63,640 nt of DNA, filler included, from Pachysolen tannophilus NRRL Y-2460 (GCA_001661245.1; 5 parts of 3 records of this genome joined end to end with filler, not necessarily neighbours in it); one strand, 5' to 3'. Counted from the whole stretch's first letter, positions 47,272-63,621 are shown. The notes: generated from the letters alone by a model not told the origin. Translations and numbers: made by a program.

Positions 47272-48432
47272 ATGGCTTTAAGAAAATCACATCCTTATTT
47301 AAGTTTAGTTAATAGTTATTTAATTGATTCACCTCAACCTTCATCACTTAATTATTGATATAATTTAGGTAGTTTATTAGGTTTATGTTTAGTTATTCAA
47401 ATTGCTTCTGGTATATTTTTAGCTATGCATTATAGTTCACATATTGATTTAGCTTTCTCATCAGTAGAACATATTATGAGAGATGTTAATAATGGTTGAT
47501 TAATTCGTTATATTCATGCTAATGGTGCATCATTCTTCTTCGGATGTATGTATATTCATATTGGTAAAGCTATTTATTATGGTAGTTATCGTAAACCTAG
47601 AGTTTTATTATGAGTTGTTGGTGTTGTTATTTTTGTATTAACTATGGCTACAGCTTTTATGGGTTACTGTTTAGTATATGGTCAAATGTCTCATTGAGGA
47701 GCGACAGTTATAACTAATTTATTTAGTGCTATACCATTTATAGGAAAAGATATTGTTCCGTTTATATGAGGAGGTTTCTCTGTATCAAACCCAACAATAC
47801 AACGTTTCTTTGCTTTACACTATTTATTACCATTTATTTTAGCTGCTGCTGTAGTTTTACATTTAATAGCTTTACATACTAATGGTAGTACTAGTCCTAT
47901 AGGAACTACTGCTAATATTGATAGAATTTCAATGCATCCTTATTTCATTTTCAAAGATTTAATTACTGTATTTGTATTCTTATTAATATTTAGTTTATTC
48001 GTATTCTTCTCTCCTAATACTTTAGGTCATCCCGATAATTATATCCCAGGAAATCCTATGGTTACTCCTGCATCAATTGTTCCTGAATGATATTTATTAC
48101 CATTTTATGCAATTTTACGTTCAATACCTGATAAATTAGGTGGAGTTATAGCTATGTTTGCTGCTATACTTATTTTATTATCATTACCTTATACAGATAG
48201 AAGTATAATTAGAGGAAATTGTTTTAAAGCTATTTCTAAATTCTTCTACTGATTATTTGTATTTAATTTTATTTTATTAGGTAATTTAGGACAACTTCAT
48301 GTTGAAATACCTTATACAGATTTAGGTGTATATTGTACTATTTATTATTTCGCTCATTTTGTTGTTGTTTTACCTTTAATTTCATCTTTAGAAAATATCT
48401 TATTTGTTTTAGGTAGAAAAAGTATTAAATAA
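47272..48432 (+). CDS. cob: Apocytochrome b, intronless
   Basis: [39 protein letters not shown]. Confidence 0.98.
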
Positions 48433-48559
48433 TATTAAATATTAAATAATATTATCTATTTAGTATTAGGTAGACGATTATATATATATTTTATATATTC
48501 GTATTTAATATATATATATTTTTATATAATATATATATACAAAAAAATTTTATTCATTT

Positions 48560-50110
48560 ATGTTAGTATTATCATTAATAATAATAATAGTATATGGATC
48601 ATTACAAAATCAAAGTTACAATGAAATTAAATCAATTAATAGATTAGGATTAATTATATTAATATATACATTAATACTTAATTTAAGTATTAATAAGATT
48701 GAATATATAACAATAGGTATTAATTTATATAATAATTTACTATTAATAAATAATCTAAATAATACTATGATAAATATTATATTATTAATTAGTATAATAT
48801 ATATATTATTAATATCATTTAATATAACAGGTATTAAATTAATAGATAAATTAAATTATAGTAAAATAGCATTATTAGAATTAATATTATTTAATATAAT
48901 AGGTTTAACATTATTACCATTAGTTAATGATATAATGTTATTATATATGATAATAGAATTACAATCATATTCATTATATTTAATAACATCAGTATTTAAT
49001 GAATCACATAATTCATTAAAATCAGGATTATATTATTTTATAGTTGGTAGTATAGCATCATTTATAATATTAGATTCTACAGTATCAATATATGATGATA
49101 TAGGATTAACAAATATACAATATATATTAATGTATATTGATAAAATAGATAATTATAATTTATTATGTTTATTATTAGGTTTATTTATAAAAATAGGATT
49201 AGCTCCATTTTATATTTATACTATTACTATTTATACTTTAAGTCCAACTATTATAACTAATTATATAAGTTTAATGCCAAAATTAAGTATATTAACATTA
49301 ATTTATATTATATTATATTATATTAGTATTATTAATAATATTGATATTATTAATATTATATCATTTTTAATAATTATATCTATGATTATAGGTAGTTTAG
49401 GGGGATTAAATGTAATAAAAATTAAAACATTATTAGCTTATAGTAGTTTATTAAATGTAAGTTATATGTTAATAGCTATATTAGGTAATAATAATGAATC
49501 TATTATAGCTTATATTTATTATATTTTTCAATATTCTTTAACTCATTTAGATATATTTAGTATTATTTTATTAATGTCAATTTATTCACCTATAAATACT
49601 AATATTATAAATAATTCAAATAAATTATATAATGATAATAAATTATTAATAAGTAAATATTCTCCAATAGAATATTTAAGCCAATTTAAAAATTTATTTA
49701 TTAATAATATCTATTTAGCTATCTCTTTAATTATATGTTTATTCTCTTTAATAGGTATTCCTCCATTAAGTGGATTTTACGGTAAATTATTAATTTTAAT
49801 ATCTTCTTTAAATAATGGATTTATTTTTTTATCTATTGTATTAATTATATCTAGTAGTATTTCCACTTATTATTATGGTAGTATTATTAGATTAATATCA
49901 TTTGATATTTTAAATAATAAGAAAATTATTAATAATTATAATGAAAATAATAATAATAATATAATAGTTAATAAAATAAAAGATAATGTAATATCAAATA
50001 TAATAAGTTATATTATAAGTGTATTAACTTTAATAATATTATTAATAAATATACAATATCCATCATTAATAAAAGGGACATATTTAGTATTATTATATAA
50101 TGGAATATAG
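48560..50110 (+). CDS. nad2: NADH dehydrogenase subunit 2
   Basis: IELQSYSLY, KIGLAPF, LLAYSS, SLIGIPPLSGFYGK. Confidence 0.95.
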   Translation: MLVLSLIIIIVYGSLQNQSYNEIKSINRLGLIILIYTLILNLSINKIEYITIGINLYNNLLLINNLNNTMINIILLISIIYILLISFNITGIKLIDKLNYSKIALLELILFNIIGLTLLPLVNDIMLLYMIIELQSYSLYLITSVFNESHNSLKSGLYYFIVGSIASFIILDSTVSIYDDIGLTNIQYILMYIDKIDNYNLLCLLLGLFIKIGLAPFYIYTITIYTLSPTIITNYISLMPKLSILTLIYIILYYISIINNIDIINIISFLIIISMIIGSLGGLNVIKIKTLLAYSSLLNVSYMLIAILGNNNESIIAYIYYIFQYSLTHLDIFSIILLMSIYSPINTNIINNSNKLYNDNKLLISKYSPIEYLSQFKNLFINNIYLAISLIICLFSLIGIPPLSGFYGKLLILISSLNNGFIFLSIVLIISSSISTYYYGSIIRLISFDILNNKKIINNYNENNNNNIIVNKIKDNVISNIISYIISVLTLIILLINIQYPSLIKGTYLVLLYNGI

Positions 50111-50111
50111 A

Positions 50112-50531
50112 ATGTTACAAGATTTATTTAATAATTATATAATATTAGTAGGTATTATAGGTATAGCATTAATAGGTATAAATTATTTAATAGTAGAAAG
50201 TAGTAAATTAGATGAAGATAATGGATTTGATTATAGTGAAAAATTAGGACCATTTGAATGTGGATTTAATAGTTTTGAACAAAGTAATAATCCTATTCCA
50301 GTTGCATTCATTTTAGTTGCATTATTATTTTTACCATTTGATTTAGAAGTATCTTCTTTATTACCTTATATTATGTCAATATATTCTGTAGGTATTTATG
50401 GTTTAATTATTTTCATAATTTTCTTATTAATTTTAATTATTGGTTTTATATATGAATTAAATACTAAATCTTTAGTGTTTAATACTTTAAATAAACCATC
50501 ACATGAAATAAAATTATTTATAAATAATTAA
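50112..50531 (+). CDS. nad3: NADH dehydrogenase subunit 3
   Basis: EKLGPFECGF, FLPFDLE, GFIYE; ATG 1 nt after nad2 stop. Confidence 0.95.
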   Translation: MLQDLFNNYIILVGIIGIALIGINYLIVESSKLDEDNGFDYSEKLGPFECGFNSFEQSNNPIPVAFILVALLFLPFDLEVSSLLPYIMSIYSVGIYGLIIFIIFLLILIIGFIYELNTKSLVFNTLNKPSHEIKLFINN

Positions 50532-50773
50532 TTTATTTATTTTTAAAAGTAGTTTCCAATATAAATATTCTGATAAAATCAGTTATATATAATATATTAT
50601 ATTAATTTATTTATGAATTTTAATTTATAAATATTTATGATATAAATTATATAATCTATAAAAAAAATTAATACTATATTAATAGTATAATTTAAGATAA
50701 GTTAAATATATTATAATATTAAAAAATATATATAATATATAAAACGAAACAATAAAAAATAATTAATTTATTT

Positions 50774-54389
<3,616 letters not shown>

Positions 54390-54569
54390 TTATCTATATT
54401 TTTAATTAAATTAGATAGTATTAAATATATAATAAATATATAATATTTATATAAAATAAAATTAAATAGTAAAACAAATATTAAATATTATCTAATTAAT
54501 ATATATATATAAATATATATTAAATATATATAAAAAATATATCTTAAACATAAATAGAATAGAAATAAG

Positions 54570-54716
54570 ATGCCACAATTAATACCATTTTATTATTTAA
54601 ATCAATTAACATATGGTTTTATAGTATTATTTATAATATTATGATTAGTATCACAAATAATATTACCATATATAATACAATTATATATAATTAGAATGAT
54701 AATAGCTAAATTATAA
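54570..54716 (+). CDS. atp8: ATP synthase subunit 8
   Basis: MPQLIPFYYLNQLTYG, 48 aa. Confidence 0.97.
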
Positions 54717-54744
54717 TAATAAATAGAAAGAAATAAAAAAATAT

Positions 54745-55531
54745 ATGAAATAAAAGAATAGAAAACTCGATTTTCGTATTTTCACCATTAGACCAATTTG
54801 ATATTAAATTATTTATTGGTTTTTCATCACCATTTATAGATTTATCATCATTAAACTATACAACATTTAGTTTATATAGTACAATAGTATTATTAATAAT
54901 AACTTATACATATGATTTATCATTAAATAATAATAAAATAATAGGATCAAAATGATTCTTATCAATAGAAGCAATATTTCATACAATATTAAATATGGTT
55001 AAAAGCCAAATAGGAGGTACAAAATATGGAGTATATGTACCATTAATTTATACATTATTTGTATTTATATTAGTAGCTAATTTAATAGGTATGATTCCTT
55101 ATAGTTTTGCATTATCTTCTCATTTAGTTTTTGTTATTAGTTTATCATTAGCTATTTGATTAGGTGTAACAATATTAGGATTATATAATCATGGTTGAGT
55201 ATTCTTTGGATTATTCGTACCAGGAGGAACACCTTTAGTATTAGTACCAGTATTAGTATTAATAGAATTATTATCATATACAGCAAGAGCAATATCATTA
55301 GGATTACGTTTATCTGCTAATACTTTATCAGGTCATTTATTAATGGTTATTTTAGGAGGATTAATTTATAGTTTAATGAGTATTAATACTATAACATTAT
55401 TCTTAGGTTTAATACCTTTACTTGGAGTATTCGGTATTGTTTGTTTAGAATTTGCCATAGCTTGTATTCAATCTTATGTATTTACTATTTTAACATCATC
55501 ATATATAAAAGATGCAGTATACTTACATTAA
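54745..55531 (+). CDS. atp6: ATP synthase subunit 6 (start uncertain, no in-frame ATG)
   Basis: SPLDQF, NLIGMIPYSFA, GLRLSANTLSGHLL, YIKDAVYLH*. Confidence 0.93.
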
Positions 55532-57366
55532 TTTAATTATATTTTAATATAATATAAATATCAATATAAATATTCTAATAAAATAATCTAATAAAAAAAA
55601 AATAAAGAAAATAAAAGAAAGATAATAGATTTGAAAAAAAAATAAGAAAAGATTAAAGAGACAATTAACTGATTGAAAAATATATTGGGAGATGCAATAT
55701 AGATTACTAATAGAGAAGGTTAAAAAGAGATTAATATCAGCATTAATCATAAAACCTAAGGGAAACCGAAAAGAAAACTGAGTGAACTGAAACATCTAAG
55801 TAACTTAAGGAAAAGAAATCGACAGAGATTCTGTGAGTATTGGTGAGAGAAAGCAGAAAAGTTAGTTAATAAGTATATCGTATAAATGATAGAAAAAGGG
55901 ACAAACTAGTTCTAAAACTAAATACTATTAGTAAATATGAATAAGTACCGAAAGGGAAAATCAATAGATTAGTTGTTTTATAAGCAATTAAAGATAAAAA
56001 AAAATCAATAATGTACCTTTTGTATAATGGGTCAGCAAGTTATTATTATTAGCAAAATAAAGATATTAGAATGAAAATGAGAATAAGTAGTTAATAATAA
56101 TAAACCCGAAAGTAAATGATCTTACCATGAGCAGGTGGTTAATCGAGAAATCGAGATCGACCGAACAGGTTAATGTTGCAATATTATCTGATGACTTGTG
56201 GTATGTGGAGAAAGTCAAATCTGATTTACAAATAGCTGGTTTTTTGCGAAATATATTTAAGTATAGCATTTATAGAATATTTAGTCGGTAAAGCAATTAA
56301 TAATAATTGGGGTTCTGATAAAGAATTATCAATATTATTTAATCTCATAATGATTACAATATAATTATAAATAGTCAGATTATTGGTGATAAGGTCGATA
56401 ATCAAAAGGAAAACAGTCCAGATTAATAGATAAGGTTCCAAAATATATATTAAGTGAAAATAATATTAAATAATTATTAAACAATTAGTAGATAGGTTTG
56501 ATAGTAACTATTCTATAATAATCGTGTAACAACGTACTAATTATTATATAATTTAATTATTTAATAGATAATAATCGGATCTAAAATATATTACCGAATC
56601 TTTAATTATGATTATATATTATTAAATATAATTATAAGGTAGCAAAACATTTAATGATAATATAATATATTATATATATTATAATATTTAAATTATTCTA
56701 ATAAATAATAATTTATATTAGAATTATTAATAAAAAATAATTAAATATATTAATTAAATAGAGAATGCTGACATGAGTAACGTAAAAATGGTAAAATCCA
56801 TTTCACTTTGTATCTGAGGTTTTAATATAAAATCGGTCCATAATTATTTAATTAAAAAGTTAAATGAGATAGGTAATTAATAAATTATATAAATGACTAT
56901 TATTATATTAATAATAATTAATATATCTTTATAATAGTACAGGAAAATAAATAATAAAATACCGTAATTAAACCGACACAGGTAGATTAGTAAGAAATGA
57001 AAGTGAATGAGTTAATTATAGTTAATGAACTCGGCAAATCAAACCTCTGACGTTAGTCAAAAAGAGGCAATAAAGCAAATATTATACGACTGTTTACTAA
57101 AAACACAGCACTTTGCAAAAACGAAAGTTGTTGAATAAAGTGTGAATTCTGCCCTATGTTTAATAATAAAAAAATAAATTATTTGGTTTATTTTCTAAAG
57201 TTAAATAAATGGCGGCTTTATACTGAGAGTCATAATGTAGCGAAATTCATTGGCCACTAATTATGGTCCTGCATGAATGGAGTAACGATATAATAACTGT
57301 ATCAACTATAAGCTCAGTGAAATTGAATTTGCAGTGAAGATGCTGTATACCTAAAGTAAGACGAGA

Positions 57367-58007
57367 GTGCGACTAGATAAGTACTTATTAATAATGTGGT
57401 GAAAATCCACCTAATAATCCATTATTTGAGCTCAATATAGCATGCATTAGAAGTAATTCTTTTGTTTGAAGCCTATATTATTTATATCCTCCCTATTTTT
57501 AATTTTTTATTATTATAGGTAGGTGAGCTAGATTACTATGAATAGGAGATCGAACTCATGTTAGAAGCGTTACTAAAAATTACACAGAGAAAAAATATTG
57601 GTAATAATAATTGTTGATTGTAGAAAAAAGTTCTCGATTTTTTCTTAATGGATCATAATATCAACATACGTATAGTGAGATTCTAAGGTAATCATAAAAG
57701 TATTAATAAGTAAACTAGGTAAACCCAATATTAACCATTTAAATTATAAATTATAAATTATAAATTATAAATAATGGAAGTTAAATTGCAAAATTTAATA
57801 AATAATAGTGGGTAAAGGATGTTCTAAAAAGCTAATGTCTTATATTAATCGTAAGAATAGAATCATTTGATTTAATTTGAAAAAATGCAGACTTAGAACA
57901 GGTGTAAATTAAAATAATGATAATTTATGCTCGAGCCGTATGCGATGAAAGTTGCACGTACGGTTCCACGAGGGGGAAAATTTAGTAATAGATCGACCTA
58001 TCTCAAC
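57367..58007 (+). mobile_element. ORF-less group II intron in rnl at the E. coli 2059-equivalent site (641 nt)
   Basis: GACGAGA|GTGCGAC ... domain V GAGCCGTATGCGATGAAAGTTGCACGTACGGTTC ... CAAC|AGACCCTATG. Confidence 0.93.
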
Positions 58008-58711
58008 AGACCCTATGCAGCTTTACTATAATTAAATAGGTTGTATTTATTTTGAATATTTTTAGCATATAAAGTAATAGATTATATAACCATGAAATAC
58101 TTTTATTATTTAAAATAAATACTCCAATATTAGGGTTTTTTATATTATTTATAATATTATAAAAAAATAATCATAAAATTTAATTATGAAATTATCTAAT
58201 TAAATATAGAAATAATTTCTATTTTGATGACAGCCTTTAATTGATAGTTTGAATGGGGTGTTGATTTCACATAAAATAACTGAATATGTCCAATTACATA
58301 TTATATTATTATTAAATAATTTAAAATTAATGAATTAATCATTAAAATTGTTAAAAAAGAGAATTATTTTTCTTTATTTTAGAATAAATTATGTACAGTA
58401 CATTTGATCTGAAATCAAATTATAACAATATTGTTATATATTTATTAGTATAATAGTGGATAACTGTGCTATAATTTGACACTTACAAGTGGAAATGATA
58501 CGTAAGTATGGTATAATGAACAGATTATTTCGATAGTAAGAGTAATCGATAACGAATAAAAGTTACGCTAGGGATAACAGGGTAATAACATGAGAGAGTA
58601 GATATTGTCAATGTTGTTTGCCACCTCGATGTCGACTCAACCTATCCTATTGGTTGTATCCGCTAATAAGGGTTTGACTGTTCGTCAATTAAAAGGTTAC
58701 GTGAGTTGGGT

Positions 58712-60028
58712 ATGTATTTGCCCGGTAATTCTGCAAAGAATTATAATAATTACTGGCTGAAAACGGTGAAGATTAAAATATATTTTTAATATATCATATT
58801 AATACCGTGGGAAATTATATATATATTATATAATCCTGTAACGACTCAATATATAATTTATATATTGGACTTATTATAATAATAATAATAGGTAAAACGC
58901 CAGCATTATTAATAAATTATTAAATAAATTAAATTAAATAAATATAATAAATAAATGTATGAAATAAATAATCACATTATTATATGATAAAATTAGAAAA
59001 TAAATTAACTGATCAATATATATGTGGTTTAGTACAAGCTAATGGTTCTTTTTCAATATCATTAATTAAAACGAAAAATAATTTAAGATTACAACCAATA
59101 TTTAAAATAACTCAACATATTAATAATAAAGATTTAATATTAGCTATTAAATCTAAATTTAATAATATAGGTTATTGACGTATTATTAATAAAAATAATA
59201 TAATATATGAAATTAATAATTTAGAAGAATTAAAAGATATTATAATTCCATTTTTTATTAAGAATGATTTAAAAAGTAATAAACAAATAGATTTATTTAA
59301 ATTTAAATTTATTATTGAATTATTATATTTAAATATTGGAAATATTAATAAAAATTTATTAATAAGTTTAATTAGTATAGCAAATACTATTAATAGAGAT
59401 AAAGATTTAAAAGATATTAGATATTTATCATCTAATGAAATAGATATTGTGAAAAATGAAGAAGTATTAATAAATATTAGTGATTTAACTAATATAATTA
59501 ATAATTATAAATCAAGTAAATTAAATAATGAATATATTTGAGGTTTATTTGATGGTAATGGATCATTAATTTGTAATATAACTACAAAAAAAGATATAAA
59601 TTTTGTATTATCAATAACTCAAAATATTAATGATATAAATTTAATTAAAAAAATTAAAGAATATTTTAATGATATAGGACAAATAAATTATAGTATATCA
59701 AATAATAAAGATATTAAATGATCTGTTAATAATAATAAAGAAATTAAAGAAATATTATTGTTATTAAAGAATAATAATAATAAATTACCTATAATAAAAA
59801 ATAATAAAGTGTATTATACTTTATTAATAATAAATGAAATAAATAAAGAGAATTATGATAAAAATAATGATGAACAATTATTTAAAATAATAAAATTATC
59901 ATATAATTTAATAAATAATAGAAATAATATGAGAGAAATAGAATACATAAATAAAATCAAGGATAAATTTAATAAAAATTAATAATGAAGATATAGTCTA
60001 AACAATTATGAAAATAATTGATAATTTG
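58712..60028 (+). mobile_element. Group I intron in rnl (E. coli ~2584/2585 site) with LAGLIDADG ORF
   Basis: GAGTTGGGT| ... G|TTAATACGTCGTGAGACAG; core elements GGCTGAAAACGGTGAA, AATACCGTG, GTAACGACT, AAGATATAGTCT. Confidence 0.9.
58984..59982 (+). CDS. Intron-encoded double-motif LAGLIDADG protein (332 aa) with Asn at both catalytic positions
   Basis: Open in code 4; YICGLVQANGSF and YIWGLFDGNGSL. Confidence 0.88.
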
Positions 60029-60379
60029 TTAATACGTCGTGAGACAGTATGGTTTCTATCTGCTTTAGGAAATTGTCAAATAAGAATTATAACTTAGTAC
60101 GAAAGGATTAGTTATAATTAATCAATGGTTTAACTATTGCATTATTTTAGTTAGATTAATAATCTAATTAAATATAAAGATTTAATTTAATGCATAGTAG
60201 TAAAGCTACATTAATAATAAATAAGTATTGAACGCATATCAAATACGAAATTGATCTTATTAGACATTTTAATTATTATGTTATACTAACATATAGATAG
60301 GTTAATGATAGTTTATCTATTTAATACTAATTAATAATTTTCTTTTCTTTATATCTAATTTATTATCTTTAATTTTTTT

Positions 60380-60453
60380 GTTATAATTGCATAATTGGTT
60401 ATTGCGTTTGTTTTGTAATCAAAAGATTTTAGGTTCGAGTCCTAATTATAACT
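60380..60453 (+). tRNA. trnT: mt tRNA-Thr (TGT)
   Basis: GTTATAA/TTATAAC acceptor; loop TT-TGT-AA. Confidence 0.9.
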
Positions 60454-60579
60454 AATATAATTGTTTTCATTTATTATATATTTAATATTATATAATAAAT
60501 ATAGAATATAAGAAATATTAAATATAGATCTTTTATAATAATGATAAATTTAATATAAATAAATAGGTATAATGATTAT

Positions 60580-60651
60580 GACCTTTTAGTCTAATGGTTA
60601 TGACATTAATTCTTCATATTAATAGTATTGGTTCGATTCCAATAAAGGTTA
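60580..60651 (+). tRNA. trnE: mt tRNA-Glu (TTC)
   Basis: TTAAT-TC-TTC-AT-ATTAA. Confidence 0.88.
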
Positions 60652-60659
60652 AATAATAA

Positions 60660-60731
60660 GGTTCTATAGCTTAATAGTAAAGCCTCATTTTGTCACAATG
60701 AAAGATGCCTGTTCAAATCGGGTTGGAATCG
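60660..60731 (+). tRNA. trnD: mt tRNA-Asp (GTC)
   Basis: TCATT-TT-GTC-AC-AATGA. Confidence 0.9.
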
Positions 60732-60755
60732 AATAATTAATATTATTATAAATAA

Positions 60756-60836
60756 GGAAATTTAATCATTGGTAAGATAAATTATTTGCTACATAATTGA
60801 AGTTATTCAGTAAGGGTTCGAATCCCTTAGTTTCCG
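60756..60836 (+). tRNA. trnS: mt tRNA-Ser (GCT)
   Basis: ATTAT-TT-GCT-AC-ATAAT; long variable arm. Confidence 0.88.
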
Positions 60837-60885
60837 TTTTATATTTATATTATATTATATAATTATCATTTAATTATATAAAATT

Positions 60886-60958
60886 TAGAATTATAGCTTA
60901 ATGGTTAAAGCAGCTCACTCATAATGAGCCAATCGGAGTTCAATTCTCTGTAATTCTA
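60886..60958 (+). tRNA. trnM: mt tRNA with CAT anticodon (third copy)
   Basis: GCTCA-CT-CAT-AA-TGAGC. Confidence 0.88.
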
Positions 60959-60971
60959 TTTTTATTTTTTA

Positions 60972-61044
60972 TGAATCGTAGACTAATAGGTAAGTCACTT
61001 GCTTTTGAGTCAAGAATATAATAGTTCGAATCTATTCGATTCAA
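60972..61044 (+). tRNA. trnQ: mt tRNA-Gln (TTG)
   Basis: TGAATCG/CGATTCA acceptor; loop TT-TTG-AG. Confidence 0.88.
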
Positions 61045-61053
61045 TTTTTTTTT

Positions 61054-61124
61054 ATACCTTTAATTTAATGGTAAAATAATAATCTACGGAATTATAAATA
61101 TAGGTTCAATTCCTATAGGGTATT
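61054..61124 (+). tRNA. trnR: mt tRNA-Arg (ACG)
   Basis: ATAAT-CT-ACG-GA-ATTAT. Confidence 0.9.
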
Positions 61125-61176
61125 TATAGATTTTATTAATTTAAATTATATATTATTTATATTATAATTAATAGGA

Positions 61177-61249
61177 ATGACTATGGCGAAACGGTAGACG
61201 CGATTAATTAAGGATTAATTTTTTATAGGTTCAAATCCTATTAGTCATA
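61177..61249 (+). tRNA. trnL: mt tRNA-Leu (AAG), short variable loop
   Basis: Leu-type D arm TGGCGAAACGGTAGACGC; ATTAA-TT-AAG-GA-TTAAT. Confidence 0.82.
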
Positions 61250-61290
61250 TATTATATTTTTTATAAGGAGAGATTAATTAAAAAAAAAGA

Positions 61291-61539
61291 ATGGAATTAA
61301 TATTATTAGTTTTAGTTGCAGTTGGTTTAAATATAATTGATATATTTATTATGATAGAAATATTAATTATAGGTTGTACTGTTAACACAATATATATAAG
61401 TAGTTTAGATAATGATATGATAGGATTAATATTTAGTTTAATTCAAATTATTATATCAGGTATTGAATCTGCTATAGGTTTATCTATATTAGTTAGTTAT
61501 AATAGAATAAGAGGTGATAATACAGATATTAAAATATAA
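61291..61539 (+). CDS. nad4L: NADH dehydrogenase subunit 4L
   Basis: GIESAIGLSILVSYNRIRG; TAATG stop/start overlap with nad5. Confidence 0.95.
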   Translation: MELILLVLVAVGLNIIDIFIMIEILIIGCTVNTIYISSLDNDMIGLIFSLIQIIISGIESAIGLSILVSYNRIRGDNTDIKI

Positions 61540-63469
61540 TGATATATTTAAGTATATTTTCATCCTTAATTGGTAGTTTAATTAGTGGTTTATTAGGTAG
61601 ATATTTAGGACCTAATAGTTCTAAATGAATAGTTTGTTTTACATTATTTATTTCATTAATAAGTATATATATATTATATATAGATATAATATATAATAAT
61701 ATAGAATATTCAATATATTTAATGAATTGAATAGTTGTAGATAATATTGAAATAAATTGATCATTAACTTTAGATAAATTATCAATTTCAATGTTAATAC
61801 CAATAATAACTGTATCATTTTTAGTTCATATATATTCATGTTCATATATGAGTCATGATCCACATCAACAAAGATTTTTTAGTTATTTATCAATGTTTAC
61901 TTTTGCAATGATAATATTAGTAACAGGTAGTAATTATTTAATTTTATTTGTTGGTTGAGAATTTATAGGTATAGCTTCTTATTTATTAATATCATTTTGA
62001 TATACTAGAATTAATGCATCTAAAGCAGGTTTAAGTGCTTTATTAGTTAATAGATTTGGTGATGCTTTTTTAGTTTTAGGTTTAAGTTTCTTATTAATGA
62101 CTACAGGTAGTTTAGATTATAATACTATTTTCGCATTAGGTAATTTTATTAATACTGATTTATTAATTATTATTTTATTATGTTTCTTAATCGCAGCTAC
62201 AGCTAAGAGTGCTCAATTAGGATTGCACTCTTGATTATTACTCTGGCTATGGAAGGACCGACACCAGTATCTTCATTATTACATGCTGCTTGTTTAGTTA
62301 TAGCAGGTGTTTTTTTATTAATAAAATCATCACCTATATTAGAATATAGTCCTATGATTTTATTATTAATTTTATGATTAGGTGGTTTATCTACATTAAT
62401 ATCAGGATTAATCGCTGTAGTATCAAATGATATTAAAAGAATAATAGCATTATCAACTATGAGTCAAGTAGGATTTATGATGATTGCTATAGGAGTATCT
62501 GCATATAATTTAGCATTATTTCATTTAATATGTCATAGTTTTTTTAAAGCATTATTATTTATGTCAGCTGGTTCAGTTATACATAGTATAGCTTCAGAAT
62601 ATCAAGATTTACGTGTATTTGGTTCATTTAAACAATATTTACCTTTAACTTATACTTGTATGTTAATAGCTTCATTATCATTAATGGCTATTCCTAGTTT
62701 AACAGGTTATTATTCTAAAGATATAATAATTGAATCAATGTATGGTAATTATGAATTTAGTGGATATATTGTTTATTTATTCGCTTTAAGTTCTGCTACA
62801 TTAACATCGTTATATTCATTAAGATTAATTTATTATACATTTATACATACTCCTAATAATTCTAAATATATTTATTATTATTTATTTGAAAATGATATTA
62901 TTTTAATTATTCCTATGATAATATTAACAATATTATCAATATTTATAGGTTATATTTTAAGAGATGTTTATTTAGGAATGGGTTCTTCATTTTATAATTT
63001 ATTTATTCATCCTAATAATTTAAATTTAATTGATACTGAATTTAGTTTAAATTCAATATTAAAAATATTACCTTTAATTACTAGTATTGGTGGAGGTTTA
63101 ATTATGTTATATATATATGAATTTAATTATAAATTATTTTATGTATTTAATAATAAATTATTAAGATCATTATATATCTTTTTTAATCAAAAAATTATGT
63201 ATGATCAAATATTTAATAATATTATATTGAGATTTAGTTTATATATAAGTTGATTATTAAATAAATATATTGATAAAGGTTTATTAACTTTCTTAGGTCC
63301 TTTAGGATTATCTCAATTTATTAAATTCTTTAATTTAAAATTGAATAAATTAGTTTATCTTAATTTTGGTTTAATTATCGAATTAATTATTTTAAGTTGA
63401 TTCTTAATTATTATTAATGCTAATTATTTATCATATATTTGTATCGGTATTATTTTATTTATTATTTAA
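61539..63469 (+). CDS. nad5: NADH dehydrogenase subunit 5 (2 surplus nt near 62238-62245 shift frame)
   Basis: [23 protein letters not shown] in one frame; [15 protein letters not shown] and HSFFKALLF in another. Confidence 0.95.
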
Positions 63470-63549
63470 TTTCATTTATTTTATATTATTTCATTATTTT
63501 AATTCCTTATTTTTTTTTATAAGAAATTGAATATTGATTTTTTTTTATT

Positions 63550-63621
63550 AAGTCTATAATTTAACGGTTAAAATGCTTCTTTGATAAGGAAGAAATAGGT
63601 GTTCGATTCTCCTTAGACTTA
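63550..63621 (+). tRNA. trnI: mt tRNA-Ile (GAT)
   Basis: CTTCT-TT-GAT-AA-GGAAG. Confidence 0.9.

Larger units (their letters stand above)
55600..60350 (+). rRNA. rnl: Mitochondrial LSU rRNA with two introns (ends approximate)
   Basis: GAACTGAAACATCTAAGTA, GTAGCGAAATTC, GGGATAACAGG, CACCTCGATGTCGACTC, AGTACGAAAGGA (sarcin-ricin loop). Confidence 0.95.
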
